Assembly (NCBI GenBank): GCA_904063045.1
Contig: CAJFCJ010000005.1
Location: 1,813,988-1,877,987 of the forward strand
Length of the DNA stretch: 64,000 nt
From: Dimorphilus gyrociliatus
Taxonomy: Eukaryota; Animalia; Annelida
Reading direction: 5' to 3'
Within the stretch, counting starts at the first letter, position 1. The number at the start of each line of letters is the position of its first letter. Below the pieces are notes generated by a model. That model had not been told where the DNA came from and made no database searches. It saw nothing but the letters and a program-made list of their open reading frames with translations. Positions 25,706 to 43,553 of the stretch are shown piece by piece. Made by a program: the position numbers and the translations under genes.

Positions 25706-27499
25706 CTATGGGTGAAAGAGTTTTAAAGTTAAAATAATAAGAATAGTAATAATAATAACAATGATAATAATAATAATGATAAGTTTCTGTATCGAGTAAT
25801 AACCACTAGTCAATGAATATATACATTTCTACATATATATATATATACTGTGTATATACAGTATATATAAAGCACGCACTTGAAGACGTTAATTATTACA
25901 TTTATAGGACAAATTAGATCAAAACAACTAGAATGGAAATAATGAAAATACTAATAAAAGAATAAAGTAAAAATCAAAAAGTTAATAAAAACAAGTTAAT
26001 CCGGGAAAATTTTATGTTTAAAGATATTTTTAATCTTTCTTACAAGAGGATGAAGAGAATAGAACAACTCATTCCGAATGGCTCTTACTTTGCATCTGGC
26101 TAGCCTATATATGCGATGGCGCACGCATTATCGTAAAGCGCCGGAAATTTGGCATTAGTTGTGCGTGTGTGGTGAAGAAAAAAGATGAGAGGGGGTTTTT
26201 TAATTGAAAATAATAGCATACGATATAAAATCTATTAGAAAACGAAGTTTTAAATTGATAAAGGAGACTACTAGGATAGAATTATTAACATTGGAACATC
26301 AGTAAAGGTTTTAGGAAGAAAAATAACTTAAGGAAAAAAAAACAAAGCAGAGAATATGATAATTTTCTTCTTTTATATAAAGTATACTAACCGATTTGTA
26401 GCAATTATAAATAAGTAAAAGAGAAGCGGTGTCATTTTCGTATCATAGCGGCGGCGACTTCAACATCAGATAAGCGAATGAATTGAAGAAAAAAAAAAGC
26501 CCGCAGCTCGTCTTGTCGAATGTCACTTCTAAACGTTGATTGATTCTTTTCACCTTATAGATTTTCTTTTCTTATTTTTCTACCTTTTTTCAATTATATA
26601 GTAAACAAATTCCCGCAGCCTCTCTATATAATCAATTAACTGATCAATTGTGTAGTGTGTATACTCGTTTATATATATATATATATATATTGAGTATATA
26701 TACAGTATATATATATATATATTCACAATAATTATAAATATATATATGTTTTATTATTCTTTTGTTATATTTAGAAATATATGTGCGAATATATATATAC
26801 TTTATCCTTTTTTGTTTTATTTATATATATTATTATTGGTGTGGGCGTGTATACGTGCGATTCTTATTTCGTTTCTCACCCTCACCTGATTTTTTTCTTA
26901 AAAACCGGAAGCTCGTAAACTTTTTACTAGACTTAGCAAACCTATTGGTAAAAACCCCGCAATAAGTGCTAATCATACATGTGAAACATATGCAAAAAAA
27001 AAGAAGAGAAAGAATAAAAATAGTAGACAAACTTCAAGAATTATTTTAACTTTTTTTCTCTACTTTCTTTAACCTGGGAAGAGAAGGATAAAAAAAATAG
27101 AATTAAACGCTTCAAAATACTTATGTACCTGCCTTTTACTATTTATAGAATGTTTAATAATCGTACAAGTTCTAAGCCGTTGTTAAAACAGTAGGAGAAA
27201 AAGCATCTGAATTCTTCAAAAGTTTCACACTAATGTGTGATCCGAACTGAACAAACTTTATACAAGTGAAAAATGCAATAAAAACCAAGTTGTAGTCGAA
27301 AACGAAATTTTAACTAAAATCGTTCGTAAATTGTCATAGATAAAATATATAGTATATATAGTCTATTGATATTTAAATATATATATATATATATATATAT
27401 CAGTAGATATAAGATAACACAATTAGAATTTTCAACAAATATTTATATAAGATAAAAAGAAAAATCATTCTTTTAATCATAATGTAAGTGACTTTTTAT

Positions 27500-27503
<4 letters not shown>

Positions 27504-27554
<51 letters not shown>
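27504..27554 (+). repeat. (AG)25 microsatellite
   Basis: Direct reading. Confidence 0.9.
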
Positions 27555-27558
<4 letters not shown>

Positions 27559-27814
27559 AAGAAAGAAAAAGAGAGAGAGCGAGAGAGAAAAATGTATATA
27601 TTTATATGAACATCATTAATAATAAAGAAACAGATAAAAGAATATATAATATATGGATATAAACAGACTACTACTTGCTTTTATAAAATAGAAAATCTGT
27701 GCATAAAAGTAATTATTATTTTGTTGTGGTTTTTTTGCTCGTTTTCCTTAATTATCGTAAAATCCACTTTTACTAAACTGACTCATTACAGATATTATAT
27801 AAAACATAAACAAA

Positions 27815-27821
27815 TATACTG

Positions 27822-27873
<52 letters not shown>

Positions 27874-27880
27874 CAGTATA
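27815..27880. repeat. 66-bp perfect palindrome TATACTGCAA-(TA)23-TTGCAGTATA
   Basis: The flanks are exact reverse complements and the (TA)23 core is self-complementary. Confidence 0.85.
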
Positions 27881-28099
27881 CTCTTTAACACGTTTATCAG
27901 TACACACGAATATTTCATTATTAACTATTTTTTTTAAATAATTGCTTTGTGAAAAAAGTTTCAGTGCAGAAAATCTTCAAAGAGTACAAAGGAAGACAGA
28001 AAATTCTTGTTATTTTCTTTCTTTGTAATATTATACAACACTGAGAAGCAGCAGTAGATTGATATAACGTCGGTAGATGGCCTAATTAACCTTTGAAAA

Positions 28100-33921
<5,822 letters not shown>

Positions 33922-34279
33922 CTCTGCAGCGTCTCTTTTACGGTGTTGCACAGTCGATAGTGACGCTGCAAATATGGCGGCACTTTTCCCACGCCATCTG
34001 CCGTAGAGAGGAAATAAGAAGAAGTGATTGACCTTAATTGACGTGTGTTGTCGTGCACTTACAGGGAAATGCGCAACATGTTGGTGTTTAATAGGGCCGT
34101 TTAATAAGAATAAGGGTCATATATTTTAAATAGTTAAAGGTTGTTTAGAATTATTTATCCATGCATGAAAAAAAATGTAATGAAGAAGAAAATAGCACCA
34201 GTGTATTAGTAACAAACTTGGCTATACAGTAATATTGCATAACGATATTGTATATATGATCAAGGTGAATATATATGCT

Positions 34280-34318
<39 letters not shown>

Positions 34319-34683
34319 CATATATTACAAAACATCTTTGTAATAGTCTACAGTATCCACAGCAAGATACATTTAATCCATGCATGCACATGCTTCCTCT
34401 ATACGATTAAAGTACAAAAATAACTTGTATTGCATACAGGTAAAAAGCCATCAGATCACATATACATATAATATATAAATATACATATATACCGTATATA
34501 CTAATATATATATATATTTCATATGTTTTGGCTATAAAAAAAAGAATACATATGTCACTTATTAATTTAAACATTCCTTTTTGATTAATTCTAATATATA
34601 CATGGTAAAATTTATAAATATTCATACATTTTGTGTATTTTTTACTTATAGCAGAGTGAGGCTTTTGCAGTTGCCACCATTAA

Positions 34684-36197
34684 TTACCTAAAAAAGCTGG
34701 AAGTGGGAAGGAAAAAGGTTGCGATCTTAGTCAATAAACGAATATAGATATCAATGTAGAAATCTAGAGCGGGTATTAATCTAACTGGTGTCATAGCAGC
34801 GTGAGCAAGACTATGGCTAGATATTTCAGCGTAGCATGACGACCAAAAACCATCCACTATTAGGCTACCATCCCCGGTTAATGGTGCACTATATCCGTTG
34901 ATCAATCGAAAAGTTATCGAAACTACTCTTCGTGTTCCATTAAACGTGAATAACTTATCACCAATAGTAACGTCTCTTGCAAAAATGGCACCTTTTTCGA
35001 CCGTATAGATTAAATGATTTTCCGTTAACGATATTTTCCAACCGTCTTCTAATCCAATTTCCTTGTAAACTGTGGTAGAATTAGCGTTATAGTGCAGATA
35101 AGTCAGGAATCTGGTTTCGATTAAATGGCCATCTGAACTTAGAGTTAATAAGATGTCACCCCTCGCCAACTTTCCAATCTGCTTTTGTCGTCCAGATGCC
35201 GTTAGTACTGTTGAAGTTGGTGGAAAGCATCCAAATGATGTTAACGATGCTGCCGAATCTGTTAACAAAAAGATATTTGTAACAAAAGCGTTTGTAATTT
35301 AATTAATTTATTAGACTCTACGACATTTACCAGGCTTACAGGAGCAATGAATATGATATCTTGATTCATAATAGACCCAATCGAAACCTGATAGTACGGC
35401 TAATCTTGCCAGCATTCCGTATTTCGAACGGTCTCTATCAGACGTTGTTAAATCGACCGCTCGCCCCTCGTAGTGTAATGAATCTTCTTCGTGCTGGTTG
35501 TCTTCGTCGAAGGCCTCTATAACCCTCAGCCGGACGCCTTCCCATTCGTTAGCCACCATTATGGATAGGCTGACTAATTTGTCTTTGCATCTCTGTATCA
35601 GGGAATATTTTTACCGCGATTAGAAATCAAACACTCAAATTCGCCCTCTGGCTCTTTTTCGAGAGTAAAACAATACTCTCTTTTTTCGTTTTATCTACAT
35701 AAAAAAAACGTAATACAGAGAAAAAGTGGAAGAAGAAGGAGAGAAAAAGAGAAAAAAGAAAGGTGCGTTTGTTGTCATCCTGTTGCTGCTATCCTGTTCT
35801 TTCCTCTCTTATTATTTTCTATTACACATTCTCTCTTCTTCCTTTTCAATAATAAAATTTCGTTTTAAATGTGGTGTTCATTTTTTTTATATACCTGAGA
35901 CATCAGCCTGTCAGCTCCTGTACCTTCGTTATCCTTAAATAGTATATCACTACTTTTGTCCACATAGGCGAGTTGATTAAATTTCGGACTATCACGTCTA
36001 ATTTTACCGGAAAACTTTCCACTAGCGGCCACCGATTGTTCCGGGTAGTTTGGTACGTGTTGTTTAATAACGAGGGGCATTAATTTCTTCCATTTGCGTC
36101 TTTCGTAGTAGTTCTTTCCATGCAAACAACACTCCGATAATAAAACGACGGTCGATAACAAAAGTAGACTTTGCAGTATCCGACAATAGTTTCCCAT
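34684..36197 (-). CDS. hh: Hedgehog precursor, 3 exons (36197-35895, 35592-35331, 35258-34684)
   Basis: Signal peptide; [15 protein letters not shown]; [15 protein letters not shown]|RCKDKL; [43 protein letters not shown]; GCF cleavage site; LTENH; SCYA. Conserved hedgehog intron positions. Confidence 0.97.
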
Positions 36198-37846
36198 ATA
36201 AATAAACAATATATACATCTGTATATATGTATATACATATATATGTATATATATGTATATTAATATATATATACATTCGTATATAATATTTAGAAATTTT
36301 ATGATATGCTCCTCAAGGCATTACTAAAAAACAATAAAAAAAAGGCAAAACCAGCCTTGTCACTCTGCTCACGTTTATAAAATTGTAATAAAACTCTTTG
36401 CCTTTAAATCTGGCCATTGGAGAATAAAGGAACCAATCAGCGTTCACATGTAATAATTTGCATAATGATTTATACTGGCGCCGAAAAGCTTCTAAAAAAA
36501 AATAACCATCAATGCCTTTTTAATTTCAGTAATGACTGATTTAACACTTTCATATCCTTTTCTTCTTTTTTTGCTATCAATTGCTGCCAACTTGGAACAA
36601 ACTATTTTTTTAAAGATAAAGGAATATATTTTTTACCTTCTGCCTTTTTAAATATAATAAAAAAAAGCCTATACCATAAAAAGAACTACTTAAAAATTCT
36701 ATTGTCTCCCTTATCTTTCCTTTATCATTTGTTGTCTTTTACGTCTTTTAATTATATATAATTATATAGATGTACAAATTGTCAACTTTTTTTATAAAAA
36801 TTTGAATAGGAAAAGAACTAACTCGTTTACTGAACGACCATTTGACCCATTCAAAAACTGCATTCAAGCGCCATTAAACGGCTTAAATGAGAATTTTAAG
36901 CGACGGCTTCCCTTTCATCTGCCGGACAATAGTCAGCATAGAATGATTAATGCAAATATTTTCCTAATAGAAGCAATATTTATCATCGCATTACAATCTC
37001 ACTTTATTGAGGACGGTATTAGGGGCCAACAATAGAGCAGATGCACCGCAAAGGGAATATAGTTGATGATTAAAAAGTCGTTCTAATACAAGATAAAATT
37101 CAATGTTTTAAGTACTTTATAACAAATTGAAATGAAAAAGAGATTTACGTCAGCCTACCTCCCAATATTGCACAAAATAAACCACTATACTGTATATGTT
37201 AAAATACATTTCGACCCTCATCTGTCTTTGCCCCAGAAAACATCTTGAAGTGGTTCACCTTTCAAATATTCAAGTCGTTAGAGAATCTATTTTACGGCCT
37301 ATGATAAATCATTTGAAAATTACTCTTAAGCGTTTGTTTCACCACCTTCACGTTCTGTTATCTATGTGCAACTATAAGAGTTTTATAAGAATTCTCTTTT
37401 TAATTTAAGAAAAGAATGGGTTGCTCTATATACTAATATTATATAAATACACATATACAATATATATTGTAAATATGATTGCAAAAGTATGTTTCTTGAA
37501 CGATATTTGAGTGTAATATTTACCAAACTAATTTTTACTTTGTACAGCTCATTAGATTTTATAAATAACTAAATATACACTCTCTAGTCTTTAAAAAAAG
37601 GGTTATTGAATTATTTCATTGTTCACTCATATACGGTCGTATACCCCCAAAGAAAGTCGTTGCCATAGGCGATAAACGTTAAAAGTTTGAGCAGGTGGCG
37701 CATCTGGCGAATTTTTAACATTAGCACTTATAAGCCTAACTTCCCAAGGGTTTTATAATAATGCACAAAAAGTTAGTATTACGTCTTTATGGATTCTTTA
37801 AATTAGATTCATTAAAAATTATTCCATGTTTATTTTTACTCCAAAG

Positions 37847-40606
37847 TTATTCAACTGACATACTGACATCTTCTACACTATCCTCTTCTTTAGTTGTATC
37901 AAGGACAAGGTTCAGTGACAAAGCCCGAGATATTCCCGGTGTATTTAATTCGCACGAACTTGTACTACCACGCTTCTCTATTGGTATTTCATGGTCACCT
38001 ATTATTCGTATCTTATCTAAGTTTAGCTCTAACGTCTTCTCCAGCATAGTAGACGCAATTGTGTTTTCTCTCTTCACAGCCAATGACTATATAACAAAAT
38101 AAGCAAGCGTTATTAATTCAATTGAAATATAATCTCGAAAAAAAGTTGGCCACTTTTACTTACCCTATGAAAATATTCGCTGGCAACTAAATACTCCTCC
38201 ATCAGTGTATAAGTAAATCCTAAAGAACACAAGGTTGACGAGTTTTGTGGATCAATTGATAGAGATTTCTTAAAATATTCTATGGCTTGTTTATAATTTC
38301 TATGAGGTTTAATGTAATGTTCGATTAATTTTCAAAAACAATTCATCAATTCTACCATATACTTTACTTTAATCTTCGGTAAACGTGACCTAAATTTGAA
38401 AACAATGGTTCCCAGCTATCCACCGAAATGTCCTCGGCGGAATGTTCAATCTTTGATAAAGCTTCTAGAAAAAGTTTTTCGGCACTCTCGTAACTACACA
38501 AGAAGAGAAGCAAGAACATTTAAAACATTTATATTTTTTCTAGAAGAAACATTTACTCTTGCATCTCATATAGGACTACACCCATTTCGTGAAGAACTGA
38601 TGGGTCGTTAGGTGCGCAATCCATTGCTTGTTTTATATATTTGGAGGCCAATTGTAAGTTACGGTCGTTGCTATACTGTTCCATTCCCATAAAAAGTAAT
38701 GGAAAATGAGATCCAGCAGCATAACGAGCAGCAATATTATACGCAGCCATCGCTTGATCGTGCTCAGAGTGTTCAGCAAAAGAGTGTCCATATGCAATCC
38801 AAGCTGGTGCATATGATTTATCAAGACTTTTTGATTTGGTAAGAAATTTTCTAGCCTTTTCAATTTGATTTAATAGTAAATAATACACTCCAATAGAATA
38901 CCAAGAAATCTGTTAGAAAAATAACATTTACGATTACAATGTACTATAAAAGCCACATTTATAAATATATATATATATTTATATATATAAACTAACCGCT
39001 TCCTTCGGATAAACCTCAACGAGCTTGTTTGCCAATGTAAATAGAGCTGGAACAATAGTACAATTAATACAGTATACAGACGTTTTTTATGCAAATTCCC
39101 TCTTGGCTAAACCCTACCATTGACTTTCCGCAACTCGTATAAAGTTGACACAAAAACCGCTAAGGCATGTTTGTATAATTTCTCTCTTCTTAATATCCTG
39201 TTAGAAACATGATAATCAAGAATAAGCTAAAATGCATTCAAGTTTATTCTCCATATGTTTAAATAGATTTTTCTTAGAAAATATTTACTTAGATAAAAGT
39301 TTAAATGCACTTTTATACTGGCAAGTATAATACAGCTTCTCTGCTTTACAAGATAAAGCGTATAAACTCTCACTCAAAGGTTTGACACTATCTGGAGCAG
39401 CTATTTCCGTTTCAGGATTAAACTGAAAGAAAAAAAGAAAAATGAACGCCAATTTTGTTTTTAATAACCTGCAGCTATATTGATTTTATTTTCCCCTAAG
39501 AGCAACGTACTTTATCCATAGATAGGGAATATGAATAGGATATTAAGTCCTTTCCGAAACTAGTTAGTCCTTTAGTATGGGCCAGTAAGTCTTCGGTTAA
39601 ATTTTTTTCTGTAAATACAATAGAAATATTTAAAAAAATCCATTTAGTTTAATAGATACTTTAACTTACCTTGACTCGTTGTTAAATAATTATGCTGCTG
39701 TAGCCAATGTAATGCCTCATAGCAAAATACATCATGCTGTAGAGCTTGTTTATAATATTCCTCTGCGAATTTTCTATCTTCTAATGCTTCACTTATTTTG
39801 GCGAGTAATAAATATATTAAGCTTTTAACCTGAAAAGAAATATAACAAACTTTGTACCAAATATCGAATTATTATAATTAAGAGCATCACACTACATTCT
39901 TTTGTTCAACACCGGGTAAATCTTGTAATTCTTTTAACTCTAATCCGGAATCAAAGGGTTTTAAAATATTCAAGGCTTTCTCCAGCTCATTTATTTCAAA
40001 CTAATTTAAAAAATAAGACTTTGTCAGAAAAGATTATTAAACAATAGACATGTTATAATGAATGCTATATACTTATAACTTACATAGCATTTGGCGACAA
40101 GAAGTTGACAGACGTAATATTTCTAGAATAATGCAATATTTCTCAAAATGTATTAAGAATAATCGTGATAAAGTTACCTTCTCTAAATATTTTGATTCAA
40201 GAATACTTGTGCAATTGTAATATTGTTTAGTTTGATAGAGCAACAAAGCGTACGTGTATACATCTTGGGGAGTTTCTAGAAAGTGTATAAAATTTTTAAG
40301 GTCAAGAATGACTAAAATTTTTATTAAATTGACTTGCCAGATGATAGACAGACAAGCTTATCGGCCCAGAAAAGTGCTGATTCTAATTCTTGCTGAAAAA
40401 TTTGAATTTTTGAGCGATAAAATGGATTTTAATCAGAAAAGTATAAAAATTTAAGTTATCAAATATTATTCAGGGATAATGTTTTAAAATTTCAAAATAG
40501 TGTAAAGGTTACGAACAACTTCACAATATTGTTTAACAATATTCCTCAAGTATTCTAAATTTTCAGTTGAAACTTTTGGCATAGAATCTGATCTAGGCGC
40601 GGCCAT
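37847..40606 (-). CDS. CDC16: Anaphase-promoting complex subunit 6
   Basis: NLEYLRNIVKQY..SALFWADKLVCLS..PQDVY; TPR segment APAWIAYGHSFA..EHDQAMAAY..GSHFPLLFMGME..APNDPSVLHEMGV; acidic C-terminus ends at 37847. Confidence 0.93.
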
Positions 40607-40630
40607 TTTAAATTTCGACTGTTCAGCTAA

Positions 40631-40700
40631 CCAATCATAGTGTTTGAACCTATTTATCAGAAACGTCCATTGATTGGATAAAAGTCGTCGACCTGGTAAC
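40631..40700. promoter_or_regulatory. Compact bidirectional CDC16/AKAP14 promoter with oppositely oriented CCAAT boxes and an X-box-like element
   Basis: CCAAT at 40631-40635, ATTGG at 40673-40677 and GTCGACCTGGTAAC at 40687-40700, within the 161 nt between the divergent ATGs. Confidence 0.45.
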
Positions 40701-40767
40701 AGCATTAGCAGACGAATTTGCAAGCAAGTCAATTAGTAAATTAGAGAAATAAAAACATTTCATCAAA

Positions 40768-41562
40768 ATGGAAAATGAGCAGTCAAATTCGAAAACCAGA
40801 GATCCGGAGTGGGAAATGTACCGAAATATCTCATCAGAGGCTTTCGACCTTGTCGATGATGTAATAAATAAAGCTATAGGGCATTTAGAAAAAGAAATGA
40901 AGGGGAGAGAAAACACATTAGAGTCGATTAAATTTGACATGTCTAGGTCTTCAACTCTAATATATGACACAGATCCCAACGTTAAAAATATTGAATGGCT
41001 TAGCATAGCTAATTTTTCAGTGGATGACGCTGTTAAGAAAATAAATGAATTCATCCAGGTAATTGAAACAAGCTAAAATAAATTGAAATTCATGTACAAA
41101 GCGCCCTTAAATCAATGCAGACATGGGAGTTCGATCAAAGTTGGTTATATTGCATCGATTTTATAAAAGAGGAAGATTTAAAATATGACTGGCGATATAA
41201 ATTTCGTGTTCGCTGGAGCATACCAACTAGACGGCAACCTATTCCCCGAGCTAGTGCGTCTGTTTATTTCGTTTTCACCAAATCAAAGATTAAACCCGAA
41301 GTTTGTTTAATTTATTAAAATATTCCAATGCATTAATTTACAATATTACTACTTCTTTTCGTTTAGGGATATCCAGTTGATGTCTTTTACGTCTTTGAAA
41401 CTCAAAGACTCGTACACAGGTAATGAAGGAGCTGAAAGATTAATTATTTATGACAAACTCTTTTTATACTCAATTAGGCCCGGAAAGTCGAAATTTAGAG
41501 AAAAATGGCTAAAAGACATTATAGAAAGTAAGGTACTAATGCTAGAAGCGGTTGAATTTTAA
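40768..41562 (+). CDS. AKAP14: A-kinase anchor protein 14 (AKAP28 domain), 4 exons
   Basis: NIEWLS..KKINEFIQ|TWEFDQSWLYCIDF..YKFRVRWSIPTRRQPIPRASASVYF..|YPVDVFYVFETQRLVHR|PGKSKFREKWLKDIIESK. Confidence 0.9.
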
Positions 41563-42788
41563 CGTATTTTCAATGCCTTAATTGGATTCGGGAAGCCTGC
41601 ATAGCAATATTTCGTCATGAGATAATCTATTAAAACTGTCGGCAAATATGGAGACACATTCATGAGTAACTGTACAAAAAAAAGAGAATAATATTTGTAA
41701 ATATACAAAAACAAGATAATTAATATGAAAATAGTTTACTTTATCATAATCGTAAAAGAAACAACTGCCTCCTGTAGTATATCTAACATATGGATGAACA
41801 GCTGTTAAAGCTTTTAAAATGTCCATAGATACTAAATTTAAATCTTTATTTGCTGTAGGTATACTATTTTTTATAGCTTTCAAATAGTGAAATATATATT
41901 CTTTGCCGTAGGTCTCTTTAACATCGTCTGAAGACGATTCCCACATTATTTCCAATTCTCTTTCTCTTTCATTATTCTTTATAAAAGAAAGAAATTGAAA
42001 TGCGATTTATTGGTTTATTACAACTTTTCTGTGTGAATTTATGGCTGAATTATACGTACAAGTAACATTCCTGTTGACCCTCCAAAGTTCCCCGGCTCTG
42101 CTAATATTACTTTTACGTTAAATGGCTTTAATTCCATTCTGAGCTGATCCGTAAAAGTAGTTATAGCATGTTTACTCATTGTGTAGGGACCATTTGCAGG
42201 ATACGATAGTCGTCCTTTTACACTGGTAACGTTTATAAGACGACCCTGAGATTTCCTCAAAAAAGGAAGGAAAGCCTTCGACATCCTAATTGTGCCATAC
42301 ATGTTAACATTTAAGACTTTCTCAAATAGCTGAAGTGGTGTCCATTCAACTTCGCCCAAGAAGTTTAATCCAGCATTATTTACTAATGCCCATAACTCCT
42401 TTGAAGATTTGATTAAGAAACTCTCTATTATCTTACACAGATTGATCACATCTTCATCAAGGGTTATATTTAACTTTACTACTCTTAAATTTTCGGTGCA
42501 ATGCATTTTCAGGTCTAAGGCACCCTTTGATTTCTCATCAAGGCAACCGGCAAAAACTATAGCTCCTTTCGAATCCAAAAGCCTTGCGAGTTGATTGCCA
42601 AATCCACTATCGCATCCGGTAATAATGACCACTTTATCCTTTATCGTCGACTTTTTTTCTTTAAAGTAATAGAGTACAGAAAAGCATATTGCTAATAAAC
42701 TTAAGGACACACTATATGGCATAACAACTGTGGAAGATAAGAGTACAAATCCTATCAACAGAAAGTAGGCGTTGCTAAAGTAATCCAT
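41559..42788 (-). CDS. Short-chain dehydrogenase/reductase, SDR9C family (BDH1/RDH-like), 3 exons
   Basis: TGCDSGFG, LVNNAG, YTMSK (YxxxK), EPGNF. Last exon 41669-41559 reads LLMNVSPYLPTVLIDYL..KIR*. Confidence 0.9.
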
Positions 42789-43553
42789 CTTCTCATTACC
42801 CCGCAAATAATGCTTGGGATATTAATGTGGATAATTGGATTGTGATTATCTGACTTTAACTGATTAACAACAAAGTAACTTCCATATAACCTAACCTAAT
42901 AAGACCAAATAAATAATCGGTCAAAAAAATGGAACACCTTGAATTTTCATAGACCAGCTTTTAATTATCGCTCTCAAATTCTTTTTCGTGTCTAAAAAAA
43001 TCATCTTTTTTTTTTAGTGAAAGATTTTTTAATGTTAGGCCTATGAAAATTGGCGGTGTTTCATACTTTTGACAGATTACGTTATACCTTAAGTAATTAT
43101 ACAAAATTGTTCATTAGTCTGCGGTGATGGTCATACTGCTTCTAAATTTAAATTATCAACTCTTTCAACTCCCTCTCTTATCCATAAGAGACAAAAAGAA
43201 TTTTTTATCCCCTCTTTTTTTCGCAATAAATCAAATCAATTTAATCAATTTCCACAGAGTAAATACAAATTTAGACAACACAAATTCGAAATAAGGTTAA
43301 AGGTTACCCAAAATAGACGAATTATTTTTTATTTGCCTAATCCTCACAATATCAAAAGGTTGAATCGATAGTTATTAAATTTTCATATTTTATTTATAAT
43401 GAATAAACATTTATTGTTCGGCATAAGCCTCAAACGCACGATCTCCAAATTTAGAGAAATAAAGAACAAAAGCATCGTTATTTCCCAAAGTTAAATTGAA
43501 AAAAAATACAAAAGATATCTTCAATATTCAAATATTGAATTTGTTCATTACAT

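Noticed and set aside
25735-25790. Poly-Leu stretch in frame with Wnt7 exon 2 that looks like a signal peptide
   Set aside because: It is an (AAT)n microsatellite with two TAA stops before the exon, so it is intronic.
37000-37680. Possible small minus-strand gene behind an X-box-like GTTGCCATAGGCGAT at 37659
   Set aside because: No combination of splice sites gave an open frame, and the motif has two mismatches.
41578-41669. ORF-track C-terminus of the SDR (VTHECVSIF..PESN*)
   Set aside because: It reads through a 70-nt intron; the spliced frame gives a more SDR-like LPTVLIDYL ending.
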